A stretch of DNA of 32,000 nucleotides from Aliivibrio fischeri ES114. Its GTDB lineage: Bacteria; Pseudomonadota; Gammaproteobacteria; Enterobacterales; Vibrionaceae. This document shows, in pieces, positions 1 through 9,966 of the stretch. The stretch is taken from NCBI RefSeq assembly GCF_000011805.1, contig NC_006841.2, one strand, 5' to 3'. Made by a program: the position numbers and the translations under genes. Positions within the stretch are counted from its first letter, which is position 1, and the number at the start of each line of letters is the position of its first letter. The notes under the pieces are model-generated. The model saw only the letters and a program-made list of their open reading frames with translations, ran no database searches and was not told the origin of the DNA.

Positions 1-138
1 TGCTTCATTTAACTTTTCTTGCTGTTGTAAGCTTTGTGCCCTTTGCACTTTATTGGCTGTATATTTACTTAATTCAGCCGAATGTACATTCACAGCCCAC
101 GCAACTAACATGCTCATTAGTACTAATTTCTTCATCAT
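1..138 (-). CDS. N-terminus of a secreted/periplasmic protein, probably the tetratricopeptide-repeat protein of TonB2 clusters (runs off the window)
   Basis: Reverse strand from ATG at 138 reads MMKKLVLMSMLVAWAVNVHSAELSKYTANKVQRAQSLQQQEKLNEA..., a signal peptide followed by a helical region. The start overlaps the tonB stop (ATGA). TPR assignment rests on gene order only. Confidence 0.6.
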   Translation of the reverse strand, partial: MMKKLVLMSMLVAWAVNVHSAELSKYTANKVQRAQSLQQQEKLNEA

Positions 139-755
139 TCGGCTAATTTAAACTCCAATCTTACGGTTTGGTTTTGCTGAATAATCGCTTTTCCTTCGAC
201 CAACTTAGGCTGATATTTCCACTGTTTTAACGCACGCATTGCATCACGATCAAATAGTCGTTTTGGCTTTGCTTCTTGTACAGAAATCGCAAATGGCTTC
301 CCTGTTTCATCAATAGAGAATGACATAATCACATAACCTTCAATACGTCGTTTTAAAGCACGGCTTGGATATTTAGGCTCAACCCGATACAAAGGCATCG
401 CTTGTTGATTTGTTTTAAAACTTCCAAATGTTGGGGCGCTAATTTTTAAACCATTTATTGCGGTATCTAATCCAGATGAAGACATAGGTGTCACAGGCAT
501 CACTGAAGAAACTTCAGATTGAGACTGTGAAAGCTTTGCTTCTGGCGGCTGCTCTAATGGTTTAGGCTGCTCTGGTACAGAACGTTGGCGACGCTGTATC
601 TCACTTTCCGGTTCAACCATCATCATGGTAAAGCTTAACTGTTCACTTGCCTCTGGCTTTGCTTGATTACCATTATCAACCATCCATGCCATTAAAGAAA
701 ACAAAGCAATACTAATGGCAACAGCAATTGGCAACGCCATTAATAACCTAAACAT
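135..755 (-). CDS. tonB2: TonB family energy transducer (TonB2 type)
   Basis: 206 aa with one N-terminal TM segment, a proline-rich linker (VPEQPKPLEQPPEAK) and the TonB C-terminal domain (EPKYPSRALKRRIEGYVIMSFSIDETGKP...ALKQWKYQPKLVEG). Short form as in TonB2; next to exbD/exbB. Confidence 0.92.
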   Translation of the reverse strand: MFRLLMALPIAVAISIALFSLMAWMVDNGNQAKPEASEQLSFTMMMVEPESEIQRRQRSVPEQPKPLEQPPEAKLSQSQSEVSSVMPVTPMSSSGLDTAINGLKISAPTFGSFKTNQQAMPLYRVEPKYPSRALKRRIEGYVIMSFSIDETGKPFAISVQEAKPKRLFDRDAMRALKQWKYQPKLVEGKAIIQQNQTVRLEFKLAE

Positions 756-1159
756 TATCGCTTCTCCGCTGCTAATGCGATTTGCTTAACACCAGCACCT
801 TTTGCAGCATCCATTACTTTTACAACCGTTCCGTTATAAGCATGTTCGTCAGCTTGAATCACTAATGAGGCTTCAGGTTGCTCTAATAGCAAATGCTCAA
901 GAGTGGCTTGCACACGCTCTACGTCTACTACTCTCTTATCGATATAAATGTCATTTGATGAATTAATCGCAACAAATATGCCTGCGTCTTTCTGGCTAAC
1001 CACATTCGATGCTTCTGGTCGATTTACCTCAACCCCTGATTCACGTACAAACGAACTGGTTACAATGAAAAAGATCAACATAATAAATACGATATCCAAC
1101 ATGGAAGTAAGATCGATTTGTGCTTCTTCTGTTTTTGTATCACGTCTTCCGAGTCTCAT
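755..1159 (-). CDS. exbD2: Biopolymer transport protein ExbD
   Basis: 134 aa; EEAQIDLTSMLDIVFIMLIFFIVTSSFVRESGVEV is the canonical ExbD/TolR N-terminus. The stop overlaps the tonB start by 1 nt. Confidence 0.95.
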   Translation of the reverse strand: MRLGRRDTKTEEAQIDLTSMLDIVFIMLIFFIVTSSFVRESGVEVNRPEASNVVSQKDAGIFVAINSSNDIYIDKRVVDVERVQATLEHLLLEQPEASLVIQADEHAYNGTVVKVMDAAKGAGVKQIALAAEKR

Positions 1160-1689
1160 TTCGGACTCCTTAATGATTTTTCAAGTTTTAATTCACGTAA
1201 ACGGCAGGTCTTTGAAAGTCGAGCGTGAACAAATAAGCCAGCTAGTGCTGCAACCATTCCAGCCATTGTAGGCAATGTCGCTAAAGAAATACCCGATGCC
1301 ATTAGCTTAGGCTGGCTACTGCCTAATGTTGCCATCACATCAAACACGGAAATCATTCCTGTTACTGTGCCTAATAATCCAAGCATTGGGCAAATTGACA
1401 CTAACCATTTAATAAAATTCAAATGCTGATTAAGTTCTATATGCGCTTGATTTAGCCAACTATCTCGAATTGCATGGGCATGCCAAGAATCATGCTCTTC
1501 ACGTTGATGCCATTGCGAGATCCATAATTGACGTCGCTTTGGAAAGTAAAAAAACAAGTAAATTACCCGCTCACCAACAAACAACCAACATACAATTACA
1601 ACAGCAGCAAGCCACCACAGAATGTGTCCGCCCTGCTCCATAAACTGCATTAAGGTATCAAGCCAATTATGTAGCCATGACACTGCCAT
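1156..1689 (-). CDS. exbB2: ExbB/TolQ/MotA family proton channel protein
   Basis: 177 aa; LVSICPMLGLLGTVTGMISVFDVM...LASGISLATLPTMAGMVAALAGLFVHARL is the ExbB/TolQ core. Overlaps exbD (ATGA). Confidence 0.93.
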   Translation of the reverse strand: MAVSWLHNWLDTLMQFMEQGGHILWWLAAVVIVCWLFVGERVIYLFFYFPKRRQLWISQWHQREEHDSWHAHAIRDSWLNQAHIELNQHLNFIKWLVSICPMLGLLGTVTGMISVFDVMATLGSSQPKLMASGISLATLPTMAGMVAALAGLFVHARLSKTCRLRELKLEKSLRSPK

Positions 1690-3041
1690 TAGATCTCATT
1701 TCCTACAGTCGATTTTGCTTGTTGTTTTTCAGCTTGAATCGCCACTAAACCAATACCTTGTTTTTCTAAAATACTACGAACATTTTCAGCTTGAGTACTT
1801 AAGATATTGTGTGCAAATAGTAATGGCATTGCTGCGACTAAACCAAGAACAGTAGTAACAAGTGCCATGGATATTCCCCCAGCCATCACTTTAGGGTCAC
1901 CATTACCAAACTGAGTAATCACTTGGAAAGTTTCAATCATGCCTGTTACGGTTCCTAATAGCCCTAACATCGGTGCTAGTGCAGCAAGTAGCTTGAGCAT
2001 TGAAAGACCTTTTTCAAGTCCTTGCTGTTCATCGACTATCGCTTCTAATAGTCGTAATTCAAGAGACTCTACATTACGATGCTTTTCTTCATCATAAACA
2101 GATAAAATTCTTCCTAATGGGTTATCTGTAGGGGTTTCGGGTGTCTTTAACTGCTTTTTGATCTGCTGCTGTACAAGAGCAAGTTTACTTCCTCTAAATA
2201 TCGCAATAATTAAACCGATAACAAGTAAGGTAAGAATAATCTGACCAACTACACCACCTGCTTGTAATCTCTCAAATAAACTTGGCGTTAGTGCTAATTG
2301 ATCTAGCATAAAACCTCTTGAAGGATCGACAATCATAGTCTCGACATTTCCTTCTGACAGTTCAGATAGAGAGTTTAGCCTTGGTCCATTTTCAGGTTGT
2401 TTACTGTAATAAGTGGCGTCTTGACGTTTACCATCCCAATGTAAATAACCTTGCTCAGAGATTAAGCCAATAGAACCAATACGGTACGCCAACTGTGAAG
2501 CAATATTCCCTTCTCCATCAATCACCTTTACCTCTGATTCTTTTAGTTCAGCACTTGCTTGGATCTGCTCATTCATACTTAGCCATAGATCCGTTAACTG
2601 AGGTAACGTAGGTAATGTTTTTGCAGCAACGATGCTTGTGACCGCCTGCGAATATTGCGTGCTATCCGCTCCAGTAACACTAGTTTGGTTTTCACTTTCT
2701 AATTCTTTTGCCGCTTGTCTAACCACGCCAAATAGCTCACCTAAGCTCCCTGTATCTAAGCGTAGTTTTTCTTCTTGTTTAGCTAATTCACCTTCGTTTT
2801 TACTGAAAGTTTTAGCTAGCATATCGATTTGATTTTGAACCTTGCGTTTACGCTCTTCTAGCGCTTTCTTTTGAGCTAAGTATTCTTTCTCTGTTAATTT
2901 AAAACCAGACTCTCTTTGAGCATTATGTGTTGCTTGTTCTTTATTATGGGTTTGTGCACTCTTTGTTAACTCACTTTGAGCACTCGCAGTAAACGAAAGA
3001 CTTAATAAACCGATGCAAAGAAGTTTTACTACATAATTCAT
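1689..3041 (-). CDS. ttpC: TtpC-like long MotA/TolQ/ExbB proton channel family protein
   Basis: The track ORF is 1689..3059, but Met7 (MNYVVKLLCIGLLSLSFTASAQ) starts a clean signal peptide and removes the overlap with the upstream gene. Long coiled-coil N-terminal part plus a C-terminal ExbB-like core (LAALAPMLGLLGTVTGMIETFQVITQFGNGDPKVMAGGISMALVTTVLGL). Confidence 0.88.
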   Translation of the reverse strand: MNYVVKLLCIGLLSLSFTASAQSELTKSAQTHNKEQATHNAQRESGFKLTEKEYLAQKKALEERKRKVQNQIDMLAKTFSKNEGELAKQEEKLRLDTGSLGELFGVVRQAAKELESENQTSVTGADSTQYSQAVTSIVAAKTLPTLPQLTDLWLSMNEQIQASAELKESEVKVIDGEGNIASQLAYRIGSIGLISEQGYLHWDGKRQDATYYSKQPENGPRLNSLSELSEGNVETMIVDPSRGFMLDQLALTPSLFERLQAGGVVGQIILTLLVIGLIIAIFRGSKLALVQQQIKKQLKTPETPTDNPLGRILSVYDEEKHRNVESLELRLLEAIVDEQQGLEKGLSMLKLLAALAPMLGLLGTVTGMIETFQVITQFGNGDPKVMAGGISMALVTTVLGLVAAMPLLFAHNILSTQAENVRSILEKQGIGLVAIQAEKQQAKSTVGNEI

Positions 3042-3042
3042 T

Positions 3043-3804
3043 TTATTTCTTCTCCGCAATATTTAGTGATACAGGTAAAGTAAGCAAACTTGGGGCGATT
3101 TCTTTATTTGCTACCGCATAAGCTTTATCTAACTCAGAATTCAGCGAGGAATCTAATAAGACCCACGCTTTTGCTTTCTGATCCCAAGTCCAATATTTAT
3201 CTTGGTTAAAGTTACGCGCAATTAAGGATATGCGGCCTAAATAAAGGATATTTGCTTGAATTTTCTTACCATTATCAAAAGAAATTTCTCCCTGATAAAC
3301 TCCAAGCTTGGTCCCATAATCTAGCTCGATTTGATACGCCTCTAAAATACGACGATATTTCTCAGCATCGCTCACATTCGCAATGGTCATCATTGTTTCT
3401 AACTTTTCAATACGCTGATAACGTTGTTCTGCACGAAGTGGCTTGTCATTTTTAACCGTATTTTTCAAACCATCGATCATTTTATACATCAAAGGCACAA
3501 CACCTTGTCTTGTTTGCTCAATATCTGAAATTTGTTGATTAATGTTCTTTAATTCACGATGCTGATCATCAACTAACGCGGTTAAATGCTTACGATAAAC
3601 ATCTAAATTTTTTAACTCATCTTCTAGTTGTTCAATATCAGCTTGATATGACAGTGTATTATCTGCACTCTTATTGATACGCGTTTGGCTTTGAGATGCT
3701 TCGGTATTTGTTTTATTTTGAATTGCTTGAGCCGAGCTTAAATCACTCGCATTCGCGACTACCGTTTGGGTTATTGCTATCAACAACAATGCTTTTTTCA
3801 TCAT
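3043..3804 (-). CDS. DUF3450-like periplasmic protein of TonB2 clusters
   Basis: Signal peptide (MMKKALLLIAITQTVVANA) plus coiled coil, in the position usually held by DUF3450 proteins next to ttpC. The track start at 3810 is a TTG; the first ATG is at 3804. Confidence 0.75.
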   Translation of the reverse strand: MMKKALLLIAITQTVVANASDLSSAQAIQNKTNTEASQSQTRINKSADNTLSYQADIEQLEDELKNLDVYRKHLTALVDDQHRELKNINQQISDIEQTRQGVVPLMYKMIDGLKNTVKNDKPLRAEQRYQRIEKLETMMTIANVSDAEKYRRILEAYQIELDYGTKLGVYQGEISFDNGKKIQANILYLGRISLIARNFNQDKYWTWDQKAKAWVLLDSSLNSELDKAYAVANKEIAPSLLTLPVSLNIAEKK

Positions 3805-3876
3805 AATCAAATTCTTTATTAAAAATAGTTTAGCTACTACCTTTACAGGTTAGCCATGAGTGAACTCTATAAGTCC

Positions 3877-5892
3877 TTAATATTTAGAACGCTGCCCTTT
3901 TATCAGCAAACCAATAAAATACAGCCCTCCGATCACTGAAACTAATGTTCCGGCAGCTATTTGGGATGGGAACAAAATATGCTGACCGAACCAATCCGCA
4001 ATAATCATTAATAATGCTCCAATCAATGCCGCAACAATGATTTGTTCTTTGGCTTTTTTAGCGCCTAAAATAACCGCCATATGAGGAGCCAATAAGCCAA
4101 TAAAAGCAACAGGCCCCATGGTAGCAGTAACCGCACCACAAAGTAATGCAACACAAATAAGCAATGCGATAAAACTCTTAGTTACGCTTAATCCTCTCGC
4201 TTGTGCAAACAACCGTCCTGCTGAAATTAACGTTAACCAGCGATGTGTCAGCAAAGCAAACATCAGTAATAAAACGATACAAACAAACAATATCAACGCT
4301 GATTGCGCCGATACTCGATACGTAGAACCTGCAAGCCAATTAAGCAAAATGTACGAATCTTCATTCCCCTTGGCTAATGAGAACTGAACTAACGCATCAA
4401 TTAAGGCTGTTAATGCTATCCCTGTTAAAATCAGCATAGAGGGAGCATACCCATGTCGTTTACCTAAAATTAGTAGCAAAACTAAAACCGTTAAACTTCC
4501 ACAAAAGGCAACTAATGGTGCAGCCTCAAAAATATTAAATCCTAAGAAAACACTACCGCCAATCAGTGCAAAAGTTGCTCCCGCAGAAATTCCCAAAATA
4601 TCAGGGCTCGCTAACGGATTATAAATCAGTCTTTGCAACAACACTCCTGCAACCGCTAAACCAGAGCCTGCAGATAATGCAGTTAATAATCTTGGCCACT
4701 TCAACTCCCAACTAAATTCACTTGGAATAAGAACTGTCCATGGATGAAGTGTTTGAGTCGAATCTTTTGTTACTATCACGGCCAAAAATAACACCACAAT
4801 TAAACCAAAGCCCAACGAAGGAATTAGCCATATTGGTAATATTGATTTTCCTTTTGGCAAGCTAATCGACAATTGATCTTGTGAACTCATGGTTCGACGT
4901 GTAAACCAAATCAATGCGGGCGCTCCAATCAACGCTGCCGCTGTTCCGCTTGGTACAATATCAGTTGTGTATTGGCTGATAATACTAGCTAAAAGATCAG
5001 TACCAACTAAAAGAGTTACCCCTAATAACAAACTAAAAAACAATTCATCTCTTGGGGTTCTTGCTCCTAGATGACGAGCAATATTCGGGGCTAATAAACC
5101 GATAAAACTAATTACCCCCACCGTTGTTATTGACGAAGCGACTAACCACAAGCCTAAGGCAAACAGTCCAAAGAAAGCAGGGATAACATTTAAACCACGA
5201 GCGGCAGCACCTACATTACCTAATCGTAGTAACGCAAGAATTCTTGGGGCAAAAACAAATATAAGTAGAGAAACAGAAAGTTTAGGAAGTAACCATTGCA
5301 CTTGCTCCCATCCATTTTGAGCTAAATCACCAGCTCCCCAAATAAACAAATTCTTCGCATACTGATCATTTAGTAAAATAATTGCCGTCGCTACTGCACC
5401 CAGGAAAATATTAACTGCCATACCAGAGAGTACAATTGGTAGCCCAGATAAATTATTAACTCCGGCGATCGCAACAACCAATGCAAAAGTAATTAAGGCA
5501 CCAAATAATGCAGCTATTGAAGCATAATCTGCAACATAGTCAGCAAACCATACATTCATTACAACGAGCGCTAACCATGCACCAGAAGCCGCACCTAACG
5601 TCATTGGCGACACAAGTGAGTTTTGAGTTAATTGTTGCATCAAACTACCCACTAAGCCCAACATCCCTCCAATTAAAATAGCCATTACCAAACGTGGTAA
5701 TTGTGATTCAATAAAAATTATCTTATCAAAATCATCTAATGAAGAAGGGTTACTAATGACTTGTAGTATCGCATCAATTTGTTGAGGCAAACTCAACGTT
5801 GCATTCCATTGAAATGACATCCACACAACAAGAAATAGCGAAATAAAAGCCAATAAATATCTAATGGGAGTGGTAATAAATGAATTAGGCAT
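3877..5892 (-). CDS. fhuB: Fe3+-hydroxamate/siderophore ABC transporter permease, double-length FhuB type
   Basis: 671 aa made of two tandem FecCD-type permease units. Repeated motifs such as LGLLGSLMQQLTQNSLVSPMTLGAASGAWLA and LAVAGVLLQRLIYNPLASPDILGISAGATFAL; GVISFIGLLAPNIARHLGARTPRDE and GPVAFIGLLAPHMAVILG. Confidence 0.93.
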   Translation of the reverse strand: MPNSFITTPIRYLLAFISLFLVVWMSFQWNATLSLPQQIDAILQVISNPSSLDDFDKIIFIESQLPRLVMAILIGGMLGLVGSLMQQLTQNSLVSPMTLGAASGAWLALVVMNVWFADYVADYASIAALFGALITFALVVAIAGVNNLSGLPIVLSGMAVNIFLGAVATAIILLNDQYAKNLFIWGAGDLAQNGWEQVQWLLPKLSVSLLIFVFAPRILALLRLGNVGAAARGLNVIPAFFGLFALGLWLVASSITTVGVISFIGLLAPNIARHLGARTPRDELFFSLLLGVTLLVGTDLLASIISQYTTDIVPSGTAAALIGAPALIWFTRRTMSSQDQLSISLPKGKSILPIWLIPSLGFGLIVVLFLAVIVTKDSTQTLHPWTVLIPSEFSWELKWPRLLTALSAGSGLAVAGVLLQRLIYNPLASPDILGISAGATFALIGGSVFLGFNIFEAAPLVAFCGSLTVLVLLLILGKRHGYAPSMLILTGIALTALIDALVQFSLAKGNEDSYILLNWLAGSTYRVSAQSALILFVCIVLLLMFALLTHRWLTLISAGRLFAQARGLSVTKSFIALLICVALLCGAVTATMGPVAFIGLLAPHMAVILGAKKAKEQIIVAALIGALLMIIADWFGQHILFPSQIAAGTLVSVIGGLYFIGLLIKGQRSKY

Positions 5893-5894
5893 AA

Positions 5895-6839
5895 TTACTT
5901 AACACTATTGCTCAACATTTTTGATTGAGGTGCTATCTCTAGCAAACTTTTAGCCAGTGCCTTTGCAGTATATTTAATCGACATTGCCCCACCATAACTC
6001 CAAACTGGTTCAACACTGCTAACCTTATTTACTTTAACGAAAGGCATCGCATTCCAAATTACTGATTTATCTAATTTGCTTTCTTCATTAAAAGGCTCGA
6101 TATACAACGCTATACCATCATTAACTTTTCTGAGTTCAGGTAATCGAATTTGAGTTACTCCCCATTGAGTACTCTTTTGAGGAATCGCACTTTCAAATCC
6201 AAGCAAATTTAAAGCATATTGAGCGGTTGAATTATCACCATAAAGATAAACAGAAGTCATATTTGCAAAACGAAACAAGGCTACTTTTGGCATTTTGGTT
6301 CCGTAAGCTTCGGCAAGTTGTTGCTTTAGTTGCGCTATCTCAACATCCATTTCAACTAATTTTTTCTGTGCTTCAGCTTCTTTTCCTAATACGACAGCAA
6401 TAGCTTTAAAGTTATTAACTGCCATCAAACTATTATCATGATTTTCTGAATAAGTGTGAAAATACAAAACAGGTGCTATTTTTTCTAATTGAGGAATTAA
6501 ATCCGCTTGAGGTGAAGCGACCAAAATAACATCTGGGTTTACTGCTGCAATCTTTTCAAAGTTAGGTTCTGCACGCATACCTACATCTTGCACATCACTT
6601 GGTATATCAGGTTGCACAACCCATTCTTTATATCCGGCAATATCGGTTACTGCCACAGGAGTAACACCAAGCTCTAGAACTTGTTCTGCGATATCCCAAT
6701 TTAATGCGACTACTCTTTTAGGCACAGATTCTAAAACTTGCTCTCCTCTACTGTCTTGCACCACAAACTGAGCCATTGCCATGTGACTAAACAAAACAAT
6801 AAAAAGAGAGGCAATAATGGAAGTGAGATTTTTCAACAT
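5895..6839 (-). CDS. fhuD: Siderophore ABC transporter substrate-binding protein (FhuD type)
   Basis: 314 aa; signal peptide MLKNLTSIIASLFIVLFSHMAMAQ, then a BtuF/FhuD-type fold (PKRVVALNWDIAEQVLELGVTPVAV...IAAVNPDVILVAS...). Lies between fhuB and fhuC. Confidence 0.9.
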   Translation of the reverse strand: MLKNLTSIIASLFIVLFSHMAMAQFVVQDSRGEQVLESVPKRVVALNWDIAEQVLELGVTPVAVTDIAGYKEWVVQPDIPSDVQDVGMRAEPNFEKIAAVNPDVILVASPQADLIPQLEKIAPVLYFHTYSENHDNSLMAVNNFKAIAVVLGKEAEAQKKLVEMDVEIAQLKQQLAEAYGTKMPKVALFRFANMTSVYLYGDNSTAQYALNLLGFESAIPQKSTQWGVTQIRLPELRKVNDGIALYIEPFNEESKLDKSVIWNAMPFVKVNKVSSVEPVWSYGGAMSIKYTAKALAKSLLEIAPQSKMLSNSVK

Positions 6840-7600
6840 ACGATAGCTACTTTGTGGTTGTGTTCAGGATGATCGATAAGTTTGATAGATGTGGTATATA
6901 AATCGGATAATAGTGTCTCATCAAGTAAATGATGAGCTTTACCATGAAACGCAATGTCTCCACTTTTTAAGGCAATGATATCGGTGGCATAACGCAAGGT
7001 TAAATTTAAATCATGCAGAATAACAATGATGCCTTTTCCTGTTTTTTGATTCAAATCGCTCAGTAATTCCATTAATTGGTATTGATGATGGATATCCAAG
7101 GCTGACGTTGGCTCATCCAAAATTAAAATATCTGATTGCTGAGCAAGTAACATTGCAACCCAAGCGCGCTGTCTTTCTCCACCAGATAATTGATTCGCTA
7201 AAGTATTACGAAATTCGTTTACACCAGTTTTAAGCATTGAGTCTTCAATAATTACTGCATCATCTTTATTAAAACGACCAAGTACGCCACGCCAAGGATA
7301 TCGACCTAAACGCACTAGCTCTTCAACATTAAGCCCTGCTACTTCAGGTAACTTTTGGGGCAGAAATGCCACTTTTTTAGCAAACTCTTTAGCGTTTAAT
7401 GCCGTTAATTTTTGTTGGTTTAGCATGACTTCTCCTTCTTCAGGAGCAAATTGGTTCGCCAACAAATTAACCAATGTCGATTTCCCTGAGCCATTGTGTC
7501 CAAGAACAACGGTCAATGCATTTGGATCTATGGTTAGATCTTCCACATTCAAAATAACTCGTTCTTCTCTAACGACTTTAACGTCTTTTAATTGATACAT
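6833..7600 (-). CDS. fhuC: Siderophore ABC transporter ATP-binding protein (FhuC type)
   Basis: 255 aa; Walker A GHNGSGKST, signature LSGGERQRAWVAMLLAQ, Walker B ILILDEPTSALD, H-loop VILHDLN. Overlaps fhuD by a few nt. Confidence 0.93.
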   Translation of the reverse strand: MYQLKDVKVVREERVILNVEDLTIDPNALTVVLGHNGSGKSTLVNLLANQFAPEEGEVMLNQQKLTALNAKEFAKKVAFLPQKLPEVAGLNVEELVRLGRYPWRGVLGRFNKDDAVIIEDSMLKTGVNEFRNTLANQLSGGERQRAWVAMLLAQQSDILILDEPTSALDIHHQYQLMELLSDLNQKTGKGIIVILHDLNLTLRYATDIIALKSGDIAFHGKAHHLLDETLLSDLYTTSIKLIDHPEHNHKVAIVC

Positions 7601-7663
7601 GCTTTCTTCTTCAATAAGCTTAGCTAATACTTATATTATTCTCTGTTAAATAAAATGCAGAAA

Positions 7664-7690
7664 AGAAGTACGCAAGAGCCACGTACTTCT
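7664..7690 (-). terminator. Rho-independent terminator-like hairpin between the receptor gene and fhuC
   Basis: On the minus strand AGAAGTACG-tggctcttg-CGTACTTCT is followed by TTTTC TGCATTTTATTT; 9-bp perfect stem. Confidence 0.7.
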
Positions 7691-7713
7691 CTCTATTTTT
7701 AAATCAAGTTCAC

Positions 7714-9912
7714 TTAGAAGTTATAATTAATGCTCAGTTCAACGGTTTGTTCTGCACCGTACCAGCAGTTTGCTGAATCGTAACAGCTATAATATTCAGT
7801 ATTAAACAAGTTAGTCGCACTCAATTGAGCCGTTGCCCCTGTTAATGATTCACTGATCCCATCAAGCTCATAACCAATAGAAACATCAGCAAGCGTATAA
7901 TCTGGTACTTTGTCCGTATTGGCTGCATCCATTTCCATTTCACCTACGTAGCGTAAGCCACCACTGATACGCGTTCCAGTTAAGATACCATCATAAATGT
8001 AGTAGTTAGACCATAAGCTCGCCGCATGTGTTGGCACATAGATAGGTGTTTTACCTTCAGAGTTATATGTATCATCTTCGGTAATCTCCATGTCTATATA
8101 GGTGTAGTTAGCAGCAATATCCCAACTATCACTAATCATCCATTGACCTTGAAGCTCTATACCGCGAGAACGGATTTCACCAATTTGCAATTGAGGATTA
8201 TATGCATCAGTAGGATCAGCCATCATGGCATCACTTTTAGTAATGTTAAATAAAGATGCTGAAGCTACTTTTGTATAATCTGAAGATTCATACTTAACAC
8301 CAACTTCTACTTGCTCACCTAGTTCAGGTTTATACGAATTACCTTGAGCGTCCAAACCAGCAACAGGTTCAAAACTCGTTGCATAACTAATAAATGGTGA
8401 GAAACCACTTTCTAGCTCATATAAAGCGCCGACACGATAAGAGAACTGGCTTTGGCTAGCTTTATCATTTTTACTATAATCATACCAAACACCTTTATCT
8501 TCATATTTTCCTCTATAGTCACTATCAGATGTAAACTTATCGTATCTACCGCCAGCAATTAACACTAGTCGCTCTATACGCACTTGGTCTTGAAAATAAA
8601 CACCTGTTTGTTCAATACCGATTTCATCTTTATAATCAGCAGTATTCGACAGCTGCCCTCTATCTATCATATTGTTATTTGGGTTGAATATATTGAAATC
8701 ACCAAATTGACTTGTTTTACCAAACTCTTTATAACGTGAATCGCCATCAAGTTTCTGATAATCAATACCAAACAATAAATTATGCTCAACACTTCCAACC
8801 ATCACTCGACCTGATAGCTGGTTATCAATAGTATAACCAATTGAATTTTCATCGGTACTATATATGCTTCGATCTAAAACTCCTGTAGATGGATCAAAGT
8901 CTTGTGTATAAGCATTTTGAATATGATAGGTATTTTCTTGGTACAACGACGCATTCATATAACGGAAATTTTGTAAGAACGACCAATTATTATTGAATTC
9001 ATGGTTGATCTTATAGCCAGCCATAAAAAATTCACGTTCAAACGTACTCCAATTTTTATCACCTACAAATGTAGACGGATCTGTACTTCCATTTGGGTTA
9101 TCGTAAATCATGCCTGAAGCTGGCATTGCAGAGTTCATACCCATTGACGGGTCATTTTGATAATACATATTGAAGTTAATTAATGTACGATCACTAACTT
9201 GCCAATCAACCGACGGAGCTATTACATAACGCTCTTCTTCTGTGTAATCAACTTGACCGTCTTTTTGACGTGCTAATGCAATAAAACGATATGAAAAATC
9301 ACTGTCACCAAATTGACCAGTTGTATCAATAGAAGCTTCCACTAAATTACCAGTACCCGTCGCAACTTTTACGTCTGTACTTTTTTCTTTTTGTGGTGTC
9401 TTAGCAATCATGTTTACCATGCCACCAGGTGGCATAGAACCGTACAAAACTGACGTTGGACCTTTAAAAACTTCAATTTGCTGAATCGCAATTGGATCAA
9501 TTTGTGGCTGTAAATTCCATCCATTTAAATATTGCAGAACCAAACCATCATAATAACTTTGGTTTACATCAAAGCCTCGAATGTTAAACGTATCGTACAT
9601 CGTCACCGCACCGCCCTTTTGTTCAGTGGTTACGCCAGGTACATAACGTAATGCTTCATTCAAAGATTTAACACTGCGTTGTTCTAATACTTCACCATCA
9701 AGTACAGTGATCCCTTGTGGGGTTTCTTCTGGTTCTAAAGATGTTTTGGTTGCTGTATTACGGTAGGCTTGACCAAATATTGAAATGGTTTCAACATCAT
9801 CAGAAGCACTATCATCGTTAGCCATTGCTGAAATAGGAAATAGAAAAGATGAAGCAATTGCTGTTGCCAAAAGGGTGACATTAAATTTTGAATATTCTGT
9901 AGATACGTTCAT
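7714..9912 (-). CDS. TonB-dependent siderophore receptor (FhuA/FoxA-like)
   Basis: Plug domain (TPQGITVLDGEVLEQRSVKSLNEALRYVPGV...VYDTFNIRGFD...VFKGPTSVLYGSMPPGGMVNMIAKTP) and beta-barrel ending in aromatic F (NYNF). The ORF begins at 9948, but Met13 at 9912 (MNVSTEYSKFNVTLLATAIASSFLFPISAMA) gives a signal peptide and moves the start out of the Fur-like box. Confidence 0.93.
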   Translation of the reverse strand: MNVSTEYSKFNVTLLATAIASSFLFPISAMANDDSASDDVETISIFGQAYRNTATKTSLEPEETPQGITVLDGEVLEQRSVKSLNEALRYVPGVTTEQKGGAVTMYDTFNIRGFDVNQSYYDGLVLQYLNGWNLQPQIDPIAIQQIEVFKGPTSVLYGSMPPGGMVNMIAKTPQKEKSTDVKVATGTGNLVEASIDTTGQFGDSDFSYRFIALARQKDGQVDYTEEERYVIAPSVDWQVSDRTLINFNMYYQNDPSMGMNSAMPASGMIYDNPNGSTDPSTFVGDKNWSTFEREFFMAGYKINHEFNNNWSFLQNFRYMNASLYQENTYHIQNAYTQDFDPSTGVLDRSIYSTDENSIGYTIDNQLSGRVMVGSVEHNLLFGIDYQKLDGDSRYKEFGKTSQFGDFNIFNPNNNMIDRGQLSNTADYKDEIGIEQTGVYFQDQVRIERLVLIAGGRYDKFTSDSDYRGKYEDKGVWYDYSKNDKASQSQFSYRVGALYELESGFSPFISYATSFEPVAGLDAQGNSYKPELGEQVEVGVKYESSDYTKVASASLFNITKSDAMMADPTDAYNPQLQIGEIRSRGIELQGQWMISDSWDIAANYTYIDMEITEDDTYNSEGKTPIYVPTHAASLWSNYYIYDGILTGTRISGGLRYVGEMEMDAANTDKVPDYTLADVSIGYELDGISESLTGATAQLSATNLFNTEYYSCYDSANCWYGAEQTVELSINYNF

Positions 9913-9947
9913 TATAATCCTGCTTACAACGCTTAAATCAAAATGCA

Positions 9948-9966
9948 AATGAGAATGATTCTCTTG
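9948..9966 (-). promoter_or_regulatory. Fur-box-like operator of the siderophore receptor gene
   Basis: Contains GAGAATGATTCTC (9951-9963), a perfect 6-1-6 inverted repeat close to the Fur consensus. It is 36-54 nt upstream of the refined receptor start, with a TATACT -10-like hexamer (rc of 9973-9978) just upstream. Confidence 0.8.

Noticed and set aside
948-1855. Plus-strand ORFs 948..1271 and 1622..1855
   Set aside because: Antisense to well-supported exbD/exbB/ttpC; sequences show no domain features and are shadow ORFs.
2632-2832. Plus-strand ORF 66 aa
   Set aside because: Antisense to the ttpC coiled-coil region; no independent support.
4118-5074. Plus-strand ORFs 4118..4387 and 4889..5074
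   Set aside because: Antisense to fhuB, low-complexity composition, no start context.
8026-8253. Plus-strand ORF 75 aa inside the receptor gene
   Set aside because: Opposite strand of a clearly coding barrel domain.
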